A DNA stretch of 64,000 bases, taken from contig NC_092671.1 in assembly GCF_964355755.1 (NCBI RefSeq), positions 21,142,001 through 21,206,000 of the forward strand. Reading direction: 5' to 3'. The stretch comes from Antedon mediterranea (taxonomy: Eukaryota; Animalia; Echinodermata). A program made the position numbers and the translations under genes. Every line of letters starts with the position of its first letter. Position 1 is the first letter of the stretch. The notes under the pieces are model-generated. The model was not told the DNA's origin. It was given only the letters and a program-made list of their open reading frames with translations, and did no database searches. Shown in pieces: positions 25,901 to 38,967 of this stretch.

Positions 25901-26961
25901 AAATTTCTTTATTTAAGGTATATTAAAAGTTTCAGTTTATCACATTTTTTTATTTGTATTATTTGCTATTTATTTATAGTTATCGTAACTTAAAGCTTTA
26001 CATTTATCTTCCTTTTCTTCATTTTAAATACATTACATTAATTATTTCAACATAGGACACATTTCTTAATTATACTACTTCTTATGCAAGTTGGTGTTAA
26101 GTACGGAAGCTTAAAGTGACCGTCAATTTCCACGATTCCAACATAAAGTTATCCGTGTAACACGGAATAAAGCAGAGACGTCTTTCCGGAATATGCTGTT
26201 GGTGTGCGTTAAAATAGACATCATGTGAACATTTTGTACAGAATAGCGAAAATCGTACTATAGGTATATTTTGTCTAAAATAGAGAGATTGTATTTTATA
26301 GAGACATTCAGATTTGTTAAAAATGTAAACATTTTGGAAAAATTTCAATGTCTCTATTAGAACAATTCTATTATTTTGGACATATACTGCCGAGAAAAGT
26401 GCTTATCTGCAAAATGCTAATTTTTTAGTAATAGACCAAAACGCACTTTCGTTTGTCATTACAAAAGTTCATGTGTAGTCCGCCCGAGACAAATTGGCAT
26501 CCACTCCGGGCTTTTATTCGAATAAATACCGGTACGGTATTTAATTTTCGACATGGGTGTGATTGGATAAAAGGAATAGTGATAAAATTCCGATGATACC
26601 ATGGATGACCAAGGTTAATGTGGAATGTCAGCCATTTTTAAATTGAAAATGGCGGGTAAAGAAGTGGTTGCACCTAACTTTTTTAAAATTAGCAACTCAA
26701 GAATAAAAAAATTATCCAACAAAATATATTTTGGCGAATGCATTATCTATCCCTTAATCTTCTACAAATATCGATTGCTAGTGAAAAAGTATCAACAACG
26801 ATGGTTACGTCGAGACTTGGTGCCATAGGACTTATTCGAGAATTCATTTCAACTACCTTCAATCACAGTGGACCTAGCGAATTCGTACCATGCTGGGTAT
26901 AAAAAAGAAAATATTCTCACAGATTTTCTTATCATATCGTTTCAAATTAATTAAATTTCAG

Positions 26962-27786
26962 GGGCCGGATTTATCAAACTTGCTTAGCAAAAAAATCGTC
27001 TTAACTTTGCCTTAAATCCTTGATTTTGCCTAAGTCAGATTTATCAATATATCTAAGCAAAAAAATTTGCTTAATTTTGTCTTAAATCTAAGACGAAAAA
27101 CACCCTGCCTTAAGATGAAAAGTTTCGTCTTATCTCATTTCTGCAACAGAAACATTCTTTTTTGACAACGCGAGCGCGCTAGGCCGGAACATTGAACATT
27201 CGGAAAGGCTACGCTAGTGCGTTTTACGCTGTACTACGGACGCTAAAATAATGATATCGATCTTCACAAAGATGGCCTAGAAATTGGACGAGCAAAACTA
27301 ATATTTTCGGGATAGGTACGACCCAATTGACTAGCCTTTAGAAAACTGTATCGGCTGCCAAGGGTCGCTGTCATTGATAAAAATAAATAAATGTTGATTT
27401 GATTTAAGTTTAGAGCGAATGATTTTCGTATGTATTTCCGACTGTTGTGCTCTTTCTCTATTTCAAGTAATAAAAACAATAGTAGCCAGAATGCGCCCTC
27501 TCTTGTTGGGAGTGAAAATACAGAGATAAAATGTTATAGCGCCGCCATCGCTAAGAGAAAAAAGCTAATACGCATGCGTAAGCAAGAATTTTTCGTCTTA
27601 AGACATAATTTGCTGCCCTCTAGAGTTTAATTTTGCGCATGTGCAAAGTAAAATTGACCTAAGACAATTTTTCTGCTAAGACATTGCTAAGACGGTTTGA
27701 TAAATAAGATTAAGTTATTTGCTTAAGCACTTCTTAAATATTTCAGCTTAAGCAAAAATATAAGCAAATATTGATAAATGCCAACC
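26962..27786. mobile_element. PIF/Harbinger-group MITE with CAG TSD
   Basis: Imperfect TIRs GGGCCGGATTTATCAA / TTGATAAATGCCAACC; CAG at 26959-26961 and 27787-27789. Sub-terminal CTTAA/TAAGAC/TAAGCA motifs in inverted orientation at the two ends. Confidence 0.7.
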
Positions 27787-27918
27787 CAGTACATCAACGA
27801 GTGATTTAGAATTAATGTTAAAAAATGATCTCATCGTCAACACTAAGAAGACAACATCAGTGCTCATTGCAACCCATAATAAACTTCGTCAACATAAAAA
27901 TATCAATCTTAAAATTAA

Positions 27919-28340
27919 TTATTAGATCTCGTCAGTGCAGCTCAGGTTTTTGAAATGTACCGCAGAACTGGCACAATATATAGGCTGAGCCAGGTATACG
28001 GGACATGGTACACTGATTATGAACACAAAGAGTGCACAAGCTCAACGAGCGTGCTTTGCAAAATGCTAATAGTATTCACAACAAAAATGCACCGTTTCGA
28101 AATGAAGAGTGCTCTACAAAATAACATACTATATATGAATATAGCAGAAAGTAGAGGAGCGAAAAATCCAATCTGCAGACAGTACTGTTTCGATCTTATT
28201 AGATCTCGTCAGTGCAGATCACGTTTCGAAATGAAATGTACCGCAGAACTGGCACAATATATAGGCTGAGCCAGGTATGCGGGACATTGTACACTGATTA
28301 TGAACACAAAGAGTGTACAAGCTCAACGAGCGTGCTTTGC
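27919..28340 (-). mobile_element. Retrozyme-like tandem unit (~277-bp monomer, ~1.5 copies) containing a hammerhead ribozyme
   Basis: 27919-28059 is repeated at 28196-28340 (period 277). The repeat start overlaps the hammerhead; the first copy has only the part containing CUGACGA. Confidence 0.75.
28171..28219 (-). ncRNA. Minimal type I hammerhead ribozyme
   Basis: Minus strand AUCUGCA-CUGACGA-GAUC-UAAUAA-GAUC-GAA-ACAG-UA-CUGU-C-UGCAGAU: 7-bp stem I, CUGANGA core, 4-bp stem II, GAAA, palindromic stem III, GUC cleavage triplet. Confidence 0.9.
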
Positions 28341-28375
28341 TTTAATGAACATTAATTATATATATTTTTATAAGT

Positions 28376-29668
28376 TCTAAGTGTAAATAGGCTAACTGCA
28401 CACTACAAAGTTGTGGATGAGAGTTTGGTGTTAAGGGTATGTTCAGACCTACGGAGTTATGCTTTCGTATCACAGCCAAGGTCATATTTTAATGAGCGTC
28501 GTAAGAGCAAAGTGTTCAGATTCATTGCAACGAAGTTGCGTTACAAACGGATATGATGTCACTCGCTGGCGATTAACCAAACTCTAACACACGCATATCA
28601 TAGAGACCTACCTTCGTTGTTATTAAAAGTAGTAGTGGTTGGTTTAGGAGTTACAGGCCTAAACCGAACACTTGGGCTCGGCATTATCGATTGGTTGTCA
28701 GGCATACCAACCAGCCGATCGTTTTGGGGTTTGGGTTTATATTTGGTCTATGACCTAAAATATCATTTATGGCAGAAAAATGTTCAAATCCCGTACTTGC
28801 ACCGGCTCCAGATTTATTTACTCGGTCTTTCGCCGCTTTATATGACGACCCCTTCAATTTCGTTTGGATATTAAATCCTTCTTTTTATGAGGATGGCCCA
28901 TCTGCTAACGTGTCCGCCATCTCGTTGAACACAGACATCTTGTTGTCGGTGCTTTTACGCCAGTTTTTCACTTCCAACCGATCTCTGAACTCAGGGCTTC
29001 CCCACAATGAAATAAGGTATTTTACTTCGGTTTCTCGCCAATGCGCACGCTTCGATGACATTTTAAATTAATTAATATATAATAATATTAATAATAATAC
29101 TGTATAGTGTAACAACAAAAGGTATGATTTTTTCGCACGTTCACCGATCACAACAAATGGATCAGCTTGGCTATACGATGAGGAGCACATGTCACGATGT
29201 GATGTGGCGAATATTGTAATTTGATTGGCTAGATCTAACCTAGGTCATATTCATCGATGCGTGACTTTCGTATTGTAAGCGACGTCCACTAAACTCATAC
29301 CTTGAGCTTTCGTAGCGTACGAAATATCAGTGTCGTACGAGGTGGCTTCCACTAATCTTTTCCTGATTCAGACATATGGACTTGTACGCCGCGTACAATA
29401 CGAAAGCATAACTCCGTAGGTCTGAACAGTAGTTTGGTGAGAATTGGATAAAAACTGTGGTCTCTAGACAGTAAAATAGTTTTTTGTTAGTTGTGACCTT
29501 GACCTATGACCTTTCCCCTCAAACTAGTCCGAGCTTTTGAGGCATAGATCACTGTGGCCAAATTTGGTGAGAATCAGATAAAAACTGTGGCCTCCAGGCT
29601 GTTCACAGACACACACACGCACACACCCATACAGGGGGTGAAAACATAACCTCCTTGGCGGAGGTAAT
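28376..29668 (-). mobile_element. Helentron-associated non-autonomous element (HINE/DINE-1-like), interrupted by a Harbinger derivative
   Basis: Minus-strand head ATTACCTCCGCCAAGGAGGTTATGTTTTC, a (TG)n microsatellite at ~29608-29627, and a body matching 6118-6480. Confidence 0.65.
28440..29428 (-). mobile_element. PIF/Harbinger deletion derivative (989 bp) retaining a pseudogenised Myb/SANT-like ORF
   Basis: Perfect 31-bp TIR TGTTCAGACCTACGGAGTTATGCTTTCGTAT; GTA on both flanks. The minus frame from ATG 29061 reads MSSKRAHWRETEVKYLISLWGS...VFNEMADTL...*...TKLKGSSYKAAKDRVNKSGAG...FEHFSAINDILGHRP, with an in-frame stop at 28887-28885. Confidence 0.8.
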
Positions 29669-30184
29669 TCCAACACCATCTTTCTCACTCTCGCATTGAT
29701 TACTGCAGTGTGTGGAGGATCACTATTTGAATCCAATATAAACATCCAAAAATACAAAATAAAGCTTCTACATGCTTATCCACTTACGCGAAACACTATA
29801 CGGCACTATCAAAGAGGGCGTTATATAAGCATGGACAGATAAATAATTTGTGTAAACAGCGTTTGCCAACCGGTATGTTTGGTCTACTGGTAAAGGTTTA
29901 ACCTGTTGCATTGGAGCCCTCGGTTCGAGGTCTAGCAAGAACATGTTTTTTTAATAGTTGAGAGAGAGATTATTTAGAGGTTTTGTTTAGCATATTTAGA
30001 AAGTAGATCTTTCTAATAGAAAAATAATTAAGGTAATGAATTATTCATGATTTCTGCCTTAACCTCATAGGAAAAAAATGATGCGCGCCGGACTACCATA
30101 ACTTCCATCTTACCAGAACCCCAACAAGGTCCAATACACTCGAAGTTCTACAAAAGGTTGTTGTTTTTGTTCCTTTTCCTCATC

Positions 30185-30968
30185 TTACAGCTTAATCTTT
30201 CTGAATCTCACGATATAACTAAACGACTTGAAAGTTGTCTCTCTAAAATATCATCCTGGCTATCATCCAACATGCTCTTGCTTAGCAATTCTAAAACCGA
30301 ATTTATCATTTTCTCCACCAAAAACATACGTTCAAAATTCAATATTCCCTCGTTTTCTTTTAATTCCTGTAAAATTTTTCCATCACCTTTTGTTAAAAAT
30401 CTTGGGGTTTATTTTGATGGATTATTATCCTTCAACAAACATAAGTCATGTTACAAAAACTACTAACTTTCATTTACGTAACAATGCTTGCTTCAAAGCG
30501 TACTGCCTCTACATTAATAAATGCCTCTGTCACTCGCCTTGATTATTGCAACTCTCTTTTTTTTGCCCTACCGAAATCTTTAATGAATCGACTTCAACGT
30601 CTCCAGAACACTGCTGCTGTCCACGTATTCTAACTCTTACTAGAAGATCCTCACACATATCTCCTATTATCTGCCATGGGCTACCGTATAAAATATAAGA
30701 TCCTTTTACTAACATTTAAAACGCTACTTCTTAAACAACCTACTTATCTCCTTGATCTTCTTCCCTCCTACACCCCTCTTGCTTGTCTTCGTTTGGCTGA
30801 CCAAAACCTACTACTTGTTCCTAGAATTAACACCAATTAACACCTTATGGACAAAGGTCTTTTATGTTCACTGCTGCTTCTCATTAGAATTATCTCCCTC
30901 GTCATTTTACTAAATCAACTTCTATTGCTATTTAAAAAAAAGAACTTAAAACGCATCTTTTTAACATA
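30185..30968 (+). mobile_element. L2-clade LINE 3' fragment
   Basis: LESCLSKISSWL...SKTEFI...VKNLGVYFD; VTRLDYCNSL...LQRLQNTAA; HISPI; LLVPR. A further L2-like tail piece lies at ~31340-31590. Confidence 0.85.
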
Positions 30969-31072
30969 GTCTTCTCGGATAAGCACTATAAACCAGTGTA
31001 CATCTGGCTCATGTGCACTTTAAAGAACCTATTACATCTTTCGAGACGAGTAGGGGGTTACCCCGGTGTACT
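30969..31072 (+). mobile_element. Deu/Nin-type SINE central fragment
   Basis: GTCTTCTCGGATAAGCACTATAAACC...GTGCACTTTAAGAACC...CGAGACGAGTAGGGGGTTACCCCGGTGTA, matching the 10030-10292 copy. Confidence 0.7.
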
Positions 31073-33299
31073 AGGTAATTCATACATACACACACACTGT
31101 TGTGGACAGACGTATTGGCACCGTAGTTGGCTGCCGATGTCACAATGGGACCCTTAGTGGAGCAGTAGCCTTCAACTATGAAGTTTGATCCTTAAAATAG
31201 AATAAGAGAAGAAAACATCCAATATAAGCACCTTGGATTTTTACTTCGGTTTAGTTGATTCTGGCGCTATACAAATACCTAAATTATTATTATTATTATT
31301 ATTATTATTGTTAATATTATTATTATATTATATTATCTTGAAACCTTCATGGACAGTTTTTTCAACTAAAGCGCCGTATTTGCTCAATGCATTACCCGTC
31401 GAAATCCGAAACTCAACGTCATTTAATATTTTAAGAGTTCGACTAAAAAAATAAGCATTGTTTCGGAGGGTTTCGAAATTTTCATATTTTTATTCGTCTA
31501 TATTTTTCTATTTTTGTGTTATTGTATTTCTCGTATTTGTGTTGAGGGCTCATGCATGTCAGCCTCGGCTGTTTTGAGTCACCCTTATTAAAAAAAATTA
31601 ATTTAAAAAGAGAAGAAAACAAATTAAACAAATTAATGAACTGAGGAGAATAAATCAAGAAAAGTTTCATTTTTTAAATATCCTCAAATGACTATAATAT
31701 TTGATATTACATTTTTTATATAAAATACAATACGGTAGCTAATATGTAGAATATTATTATTCTAATTATTATAAATAATTAAACTATATACATTATGAAT
31801 ATAAATATTGTATCAATACAATTTTTATTTTTATTCAGTTAAGCAAATGATGTTGTTGTAAGGTGTCTTTCCATTGTTTTAGTATTTGTAAAAAATATAG
31901 TATATCAATTGCAGTTCCTTTTAACAGTAAATTAATTCATAAATACCATCCTAGAGTTTGAAACTCACTATTATATAAAGATTGACGAGCAATTATAGAT
32001 AAACATAAATCTTGTTTTAATGAAAACTCAAATATTGCTATTAATACTGGTGATTAGAAGGCTTTGTAGTTGACCGACTTTAATATTCCTTGGGCTAGAT
32101 AATCGTTATAATTATAAATATTGACAATTGTAGAGATCAGCTAAATTTTGTTAAAAACAAATTCGACTTTTGGTCTAAATATGGAAACTAAAAGTGTTTG
32201 CGAGCATGAGCACTTCAAAGAAATTGACGGAAGAATGGAACCAGATCAGTTACTATTATTTGATTTACATGCGCAAATATTGTCACGTAACCAAAATGAG
32301 AAAAAATAGGTATCAAATACAAATATATAAACAGATGACTATTTAGAAATAGATAGTGCCATGCATAACTGGAAAAACCCGATAACAATTTCATGGTGAC
32401 AATCAGCAAAAAATATTGACAAAGATATTACTACATTTGAAAAATCAATCAAATATGCATTTAAAGAGCAATTGATAAAAAATACCTAGTAGGATAGAGA
32501 ATGGATAATTGAAAAAACCTTAAAACAATAAATAATATAAATTATAACCATGAAAAACAACACATGCTTATTTAAGAAATAAATATATACTAAAAATCTA
32601 TTAAAACGGGAAAAAAAGAAAAAACATAATAAGACTCTTCGACGAAAACGATATTCAAGATTCTGGCTAAATCTCAGAAGAGAAAAAAACAATACATCAA
32701 ATGAAATTTCATTAATGGAATGGCATCGATATTTTAGTAATTTATAAATTAGATGAAGTTATAAATAAAAGGATAATACCTGGGTATTGATGGTATGATC
32801 AGCAACATATTATTGAATGATGTCCTAAATGAACATAAGAAATAGAAGTTAAGCTTCTCTTGAATTAATATTTGTCAGTTGACATTTTGGCAAAGCAGAT
32901 TTGCGTATTTTGGCATGATTTGTTTATTTTGGCAAAGCATAGCGCCCTCAATTTTCGTATTTTGGCAAAATTCTGGCGTATTTGGCAGGGTACTCACCAA
33001 CCTTAATGCAATAGACTGATTCAATGTGGACAGATGGATAACATTGTAGCAAGCCGAGTTTAGGAAAGGATATCGAACACTCGGCAATATATTTATTTTG
33101 AAAAAAATATCTTAAAAAAAAAATCCTTTCAAAACAGCTCCTTTTATTTTATTTTTTATTTTATTTTATTTCATACTCATCCAACAGCGAGTAACCCGCC
33201 AATTACAGGATGGATAAACTATTTAATAATTTCACAAGACAAACATATACACAAGATGCTCTACATAAACAAAGACTCTTTGGGAGTGGAGTTGTAAAT

Positions 33300-33391
33300 T
33301 GTCATGAGAAAAAACCCTGACATATGACAGGACTTGAACCCAGGACCCTTAGATTGGTAGCCAAGCATCATAACCACCAAGCCACAGCTCC
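33300..33391 (-). pseudogene. tRNA-like SINE head or tRNA pseudogene
   Basis: Minus strand TGGCTTGGTGGTTA (A box) ... GGGTTCAAGTCC (B box), followed by GGGTTTTTTCTCAT. The anticodon loop is 8 nt and no acceptor stem is evident. Confidence 0.55.
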
Positions 33392-34278
33392 ACTCCACTC
33401 CACTTCCTCGAATACTTCGATCGAACTGTGGCCATTTTAGAATCAGAAAATTGCCGGAAATCAATGTATGTTTTATTTTCTGTTATTAGTTTTAAACTTT
33501 AACGGAGTACTATACCAAGAAAAATAAATGCAAGTACTCAGCATTAGTTTTTTTCTAAACAGGACAAATATTTAAGGTTGTATACTGCACATTTATAGAT
33601 GTATTTAAAGAGCAGAAACTATCGTACAATTTTACTCGCTACACTCTTTTAGTTTATTATCATTATTACCGACATTAAATAATAATTTATCTATTCATTT
33701 ATGTTTTCAACTTTTGATAAAGAAGATGAACTGCAAGATTGTATGATTACTCTAGATAAGTACTACGACACCAAACAATTCAGAACAGCAAATAAAAACA
33801 AAAATAATTTGAATATCATCAAAAAGAATACAAACATGGGACAAAGAGAATATCTTATGAAGGGCCAATAATATGCTAAAGGGGTCGTCAAACACGCGGC
33901 CAGCCTGTGGTTCTTTTTTGGTCAGCCTGTGGTCCGAGGGCGCTAGACATTTGGCCAGCCTGTGGTCCCGAGGGCGCTAGACATTTCGGTCACTCAGCCA
34001 GAGAGCCATAGAGACAGAGAGATGTAATAAGAACACTAGAGGGCGTACTCCAGACTGAAAAGTGATTCCAACAGGAGGGGGAACCAACAAGATGGCGGCC
34101 GTAAATGTGTCCAAAAACATTATTTAATATAAAAAATAATAATCTAATATAATACATTAAGACCCATAAATTACAACACATATTCTTGTCAAAGCACAGT
34201 GATTTTTTTATAAAATGAAAACAGCTGTAGAGGGCTCACTTTAGAAAAGCATGGAAAAGTTCTAGCGCCCTTGGGACC

Positions 34279-34722
34279 ACAGAGCCATATATAGAGAGTT
34301 TCGACATTGAATGGATTAGAAGCCGTGTTTGTGTCCAACTATTCCTATGTAGCGTATGGAGTTGAGACTTTTGTTTTGAAAATGTATAACGTTCAAAAGG
34401 CTTTAATTATCGAATTTAATATCAAAACAATCAATTTGTTTAAAGGTAAAATAATAAAAAAATTATAAAGTTACTGCGAACATGATTTTAAACAACAAAA
34501 ATAGCAATTTCGGAACGGCTCTGGTTGTGCGCTCCATGCACGCTCTACGCGTTTAGTTTGTACAGCGATTCTCTGTAGCAAAGAATATATTCTTTGTCTG
34601 TAGTAATGCATTGTTTTTACATTTTGTTGTTTAAAATCACACAAACATGGCCGGCGTGCACACCACGTGACTTTCTAAAATCCGTGAACGCAATGCCGTA
34701 ACTCTCTCTATATATGGTTCTG
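34279..34722. mobile_element. MITE (~445 bp) with an adjacent second copy at 34730-38576 split by a PHIS element
   Basis: TIRs CAGAGCCATATATAGAGAGTT / AACTCTCTATATATGGTTCTG. The body 34306-34638 is nearly identical to 38252-38576. Confidence 0.75.
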
Positions 34723-35077
34723 GCTGGCCACAGAGCAATTATATAGAGAGAGTTACGGCATTAGAGAGCTTTCGCTATCTCGATCGGGAACGAGAACCAG
34801 CATTAATTACCGGTTCTCGATCTCGTACTCGTTTTAAGAACAAATGTAGTTTCGTATCCTCGATCACCGATAATATGAAAACTATAGGTGGCAGCAGAGT
34901 TCTGGTACGCTTCAAAGCATACGATATAAACAAAAACAAACTACTGTAGGCCTACTGTATAGTAGTACAGTAGTAGTACTGTGTACACTCGATCGTAACT
35001 AATCGGCACCAGGTCCTTGGGTACTATTAAAGTAACGTGAAAATGGCCGAAAATTTGGTAGATTTTGCAACAATTAT

Positions 35078-35425
35078 TTGGAAGGTCATTACTGCTTGTA
35101 TGGAGATCCAGCGTATCCTATACGCCCATGGCTGATTTCACCGTTCAGACAAGGAGCTGCTAACTTAGATCAGCGTCAGCAGGAGTTCAATGCTGCCATG
35201 TCTTCTGTACGTGTTTGTGTGGAGTGGGTATTTGGAAAGATGCTACAGAACTGGGCTTTTGTGGACTTCAAGAAAGACCTTAAGGTGTTTTTACAACCAG
35301 TGGCAAAATACTATATTGTGGCTGGTTTGCTAACCAATTGTCATACTTGTTTGTATGGGTCAGTAACTGGATCATTTTTTGAAGTCGAACCCCCAACACT
35401 CGAGGAGTATTTGGGCAACGCTTAA
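35078..35425 (+). pseudogene. Harbinger DDE transposase (DDE_Tnp_4/HARBI1-like), C-terminal part only
   Basis: LYGDPAYP...FNAAMSSVRVCVEWVFG...LLTNCHTCLYG; the N-terminal part is missing. Confidence 0.88.
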
Positions 35426-35579
35426 TTGAAAACTATAATAGATCCTCAACATAATTATCAATTGCAAATATATGTATTTATTGCACTACTACTACCATAG
35501 GTCAAAATTACTTTTCAATTACTATATTTATAAACAGTCTACTATGCTAAATTTCATATTTAATTAGATTGTATATAAC

Positions 35580-36329
35580 ATTACTATCCACTTAGTAACG
35601 AAATATTGTTTTGATATTAAATGTTTTATAGGCCTATCAATAATATACCACTAAACACAGTAAAGAAGTACGATTTACAATACTTTTTTAAAACTGTCCC
35701 TGTATTCACAGTAAGACAATTTTGATTCAAATGCCAAACAAAATGGTTAATATGTACAGTATTTTACAATATTGTCAAAGTATTGCAATATTATATGTAA
35801 GTTTTATTCTTCAGGGCCCATAAATTTACCTACTTGTGTTAAACCATGGGCTCATAAATTTATCTACAAACTGGGAGTCTGATAGATTGGAATGTTCCAT
35901 TCATCGCAAATCAATACATTTGTATAAACGTATATTAAATCTATCAAAATAGTATTTTTTTAAAGAAAATCGGCCTGTCTTCAAAATTATGATACTGTAC
36001 TCGAGCTGTTCAACCGGTTTTCAGCTATTAAAAACAATTATCGTAGGAGGAGATAGGAATTGTGTGCAGGTATTTTTTCATGAGAACATCCATTAGACAG
36101 TGTATACAAAGATCGGAAAACACCCTATTTGGGGCAAATCGTTGAACCTAAATTCGTTTTAATCATCAATAACTAATTATCTAACTAAATTTAATTAGTA
36201 AAAAGGGTTACATCAGGTGGTTAAAATCACTACCGAGATTCTAACCAACTTTATATACCATCGAGTAAACATTCTAGAAATAACACGCGATTTACCGAGT
36301 TTTGCACTTACGTAAATTTATATATAGAT
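35580..36329 (-). mobile_element. 5' part of the Helitron family nested between the two Harbinger genes
   Basis: Colinear with 46320-47282 and ends TATATAGAT (5'-TC on minus). Confidence 0.75.
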
Positions 36330-36345
36330 AGTGAGAATAAATAAA

Positions 36346-38086
36346 TTATTTATTGGCAAATGCCTTCAAACACTCTATTAGAGCGTCCCTCTCTTCTTTT
36401 TCTCTCTCTCTTCTGAAAAACGCCTCCTCCCTCTGCAACTGCAGCTCTTGCCTTCTAACCTCCAACTCCCTTTCCTTAAGATCCAGTTCTCTATTCTTCA
36501 TAGTTGTGTAATTATGAAGTGAATTTGTCTTCATCTTTTTTTTTTCACTGGTTTTATCTGCCATAAAATATAAAAACAAAGTACAGTAAAACACCATTAA
36601 AAATGTTGAAAGTATTAACCCTTTCTGAAGATGTTTTGGAAAAAAGTCTGGGTTTTCAGTTTTATGACATAATTTGTCATGATATATTTTAGAATATAAA
36701 ATATGGAACCAATCAAATAGATTTTTTTTTTCACTGAATGAGATTTTACATAATGATTTTGGTAATCATTGCTGTGTCATCACCCAGGGTAAAATGTTCA
36801 TGCTTGTTTTCAAAGAGTTAAAGTTTATAATTACTTTAACTTACTTTATATATATAGAGTATACTAACCTCTATTTACTGGACCCAATGTTTCCAATGCT
36901 CTTTTTCTAATTTCTAAACCTGATTCAAACAACACCTCTGATTGAGTATTTTGCTTGATTTGTGGCTCTCATCCTTCAGGGTAGTTAGTTCTGTTAACAG
37001 CTGTTCTCTCTCCGAATATTTTTCAGCACATCACGATCTGAAAAATTACATTGAATTTCTGGTAATTTAAAAGCAGGTTAATGAAAACTTTATACATACA
37101 TATTATTTATTTAGCACAGGCGGGTGAAAAGTATTATTACCTTTTTTTATGCAGATGTCCTTAATTTGTAGACATTAGAAAAGCTTACATACCTCATTTT
37201 TACTTTATGTTTCCAAATAGTTATGTTAACTATGAAGAATTCATAAATACACTTACTTTCTTAGTGATTCTAACTGCTGCGACTTAAATATCCTCAAGAG
37301 CTTTTCAACCCTCTCTTTAACTGATCTCGTGTTTACCTGCAAGGTGGATGAACGAAACACCTTGAGGGCAACATTGAAATTTGAAGCTACATCGTTCCAT
37401 TTTTCTCCATTTTCATAAGGGTTTAGTGACAGGACCTCCTTCAGCAGCATTATGTCCGTTGCTGCGCAATACCTTATGGTTTTTTTGCTATAAAGAAATA
37501 AAAGTTATATGATTTCAACTATTTTCATTTTCATAATTAATAATATAGACCATTCAGTGTTTTTAACACTCATTATTAATATTATACAGAAAAGCTCCAT
37601 AACGAAAATAATCGATAATCGATCGAATAATTGATCATTTTAAATCATAAATGACGACTTACCTATTTTCTTTCTGACCCAGTCCAAGCTCTTTAATTTA
37701 ACAGCTCCTGTTAAATAAAATTGTAAATATTTTGGTGGAGAATATAATATTTTTACAGCTAAGTAGGCCTAGTTTAAGTTAGGCCCTAGCTGTTTAATAA
37801 ATTATACAAGCTATGTGACTAGCCTAGGCCTAGTAGTATTAGTAAGTAGGATCGGAGGCCCTGCCTGGCACCTACACCGCCTAAAAACTAGTTTAGGCCG
37901 CCTCCTCCTCTAGGCGTAGGCTAGGCCTAAACTAAATGTTTTCTGACTAGGCCTAGGCCTACAGAAAGTTCACAAATATATAATTTAGATTAGTGTTGAG
38001 ATGAGTCTAATTCTTATTTTAATAACTTATATCAGGAAAAGTACATGAAACGTTTTTTGCTATTGTTCAAAAGTTTAACTCACCAT
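36346..38086 (-). pseudogene. Multi-exon Harbinger ORF2 (Myb/SANT-like N-terminus, coiled-coil C-terminus)
   Basis: Putative ATG|GTGAG at ~38086 and GT-AG exons at ~37708-37664, 37488-37258, 37038-36870 and ~36559-36346. Peptides DIMLLKEV...WNDVA...LRKS*...YSEREQLLTEL...ELDLKERELEVRRQE; contains a premature stop. Confidence 0.7.
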
Positions 38087-38967
38087 GTCGCGACGTCGTG
38101 TATTTCTCGATTTTGCAGACGAGAACCAGCTCCTGTATCTCGGGCTACGAGCATTAGTTAATTAAAATTTCACATAAACTAATGACGTCATACACAAAAA
38201 ACCCTTACTTTCTCGGCGGCTCGTTCCCGATCGAGATAGCGAAAGCTCTCTATTGAATGGATTAGAAGCCGTGTTTGTGTCCAACTATTCCTATGTAGCG
38301 TATGGAGTTGAGTCTTTTGTTTTGAAAATGTATAACGTTCAAAAGGCTTTAATTATCGAATTTAAAATCAAAACAATCAATTTGATTAAAGGTTTTTGTT
38401 AAAATACTAAAAAAATTATAAAGTTACTGCGAACATGATTTAAAACAACAAAAATAGCAATTTCGGAACGGCTCTGGTTGTGCGCTCCATGCACGCTCTC
38501 TAGGCGTGCGCGTTTAGTTTGTACAGCGATTCTCTATAGTAATGCATTGTTTTTACATTTTGTTGTTTAAAATCATACTGGGGAAAGAGGTCATTTTGAG
38601 GTCAAAGGTCATTTGGTGTAAAATTAGAGATACGCCTGTTATTGTTTTAATGACGTTGTAAATTTTAAATGTACCTCATTTTGTTTAGTATCAAATGATA
38701 GCTTACTAAATTATCTTTATTTTGATATATAGTTATGTAGGTATATATTGGGTTATAGTATGAATTTTGGTCAATTAATACTAATTTATAAGCATTTTTT
38801 CCAAAAAAAAAAAAAATTATATATTTTACACCAAAAAAAAAAATTAAGCTAGCACTCAATGGTAACGAAACTTCTGTAAAAATATCTCTCCAATATAATG
38901 ATCATGTGTAAAAAAATTTGAATCATTTGATCGTTGATTGTGGACATGGGTGTAGATTGAAGTTATT

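Larger units (their letters stand above)
34763..38251. mobile_element. PIF/Harbinger (PHIS) two-gene element, internally deleted, with ATT TSD
   Basis: Perfect 32-bp TIR AGAGAGCTTTCGCTATCTCGATCGGGAACGAG; ATT on both sides. The neighbouring MITE copy shows the empty site (cATTgaatgg). Convergent transposase and Myb-like genes. Confidence 0.9.

Noticed and set aside
33300-33391. Functional tRNA gene
   Set aside because: A and B boxes are present, but the anticodon loop is 8 nt, no acceptor stem is evident, and the downstream tail is shared with other SINE-like fragments.
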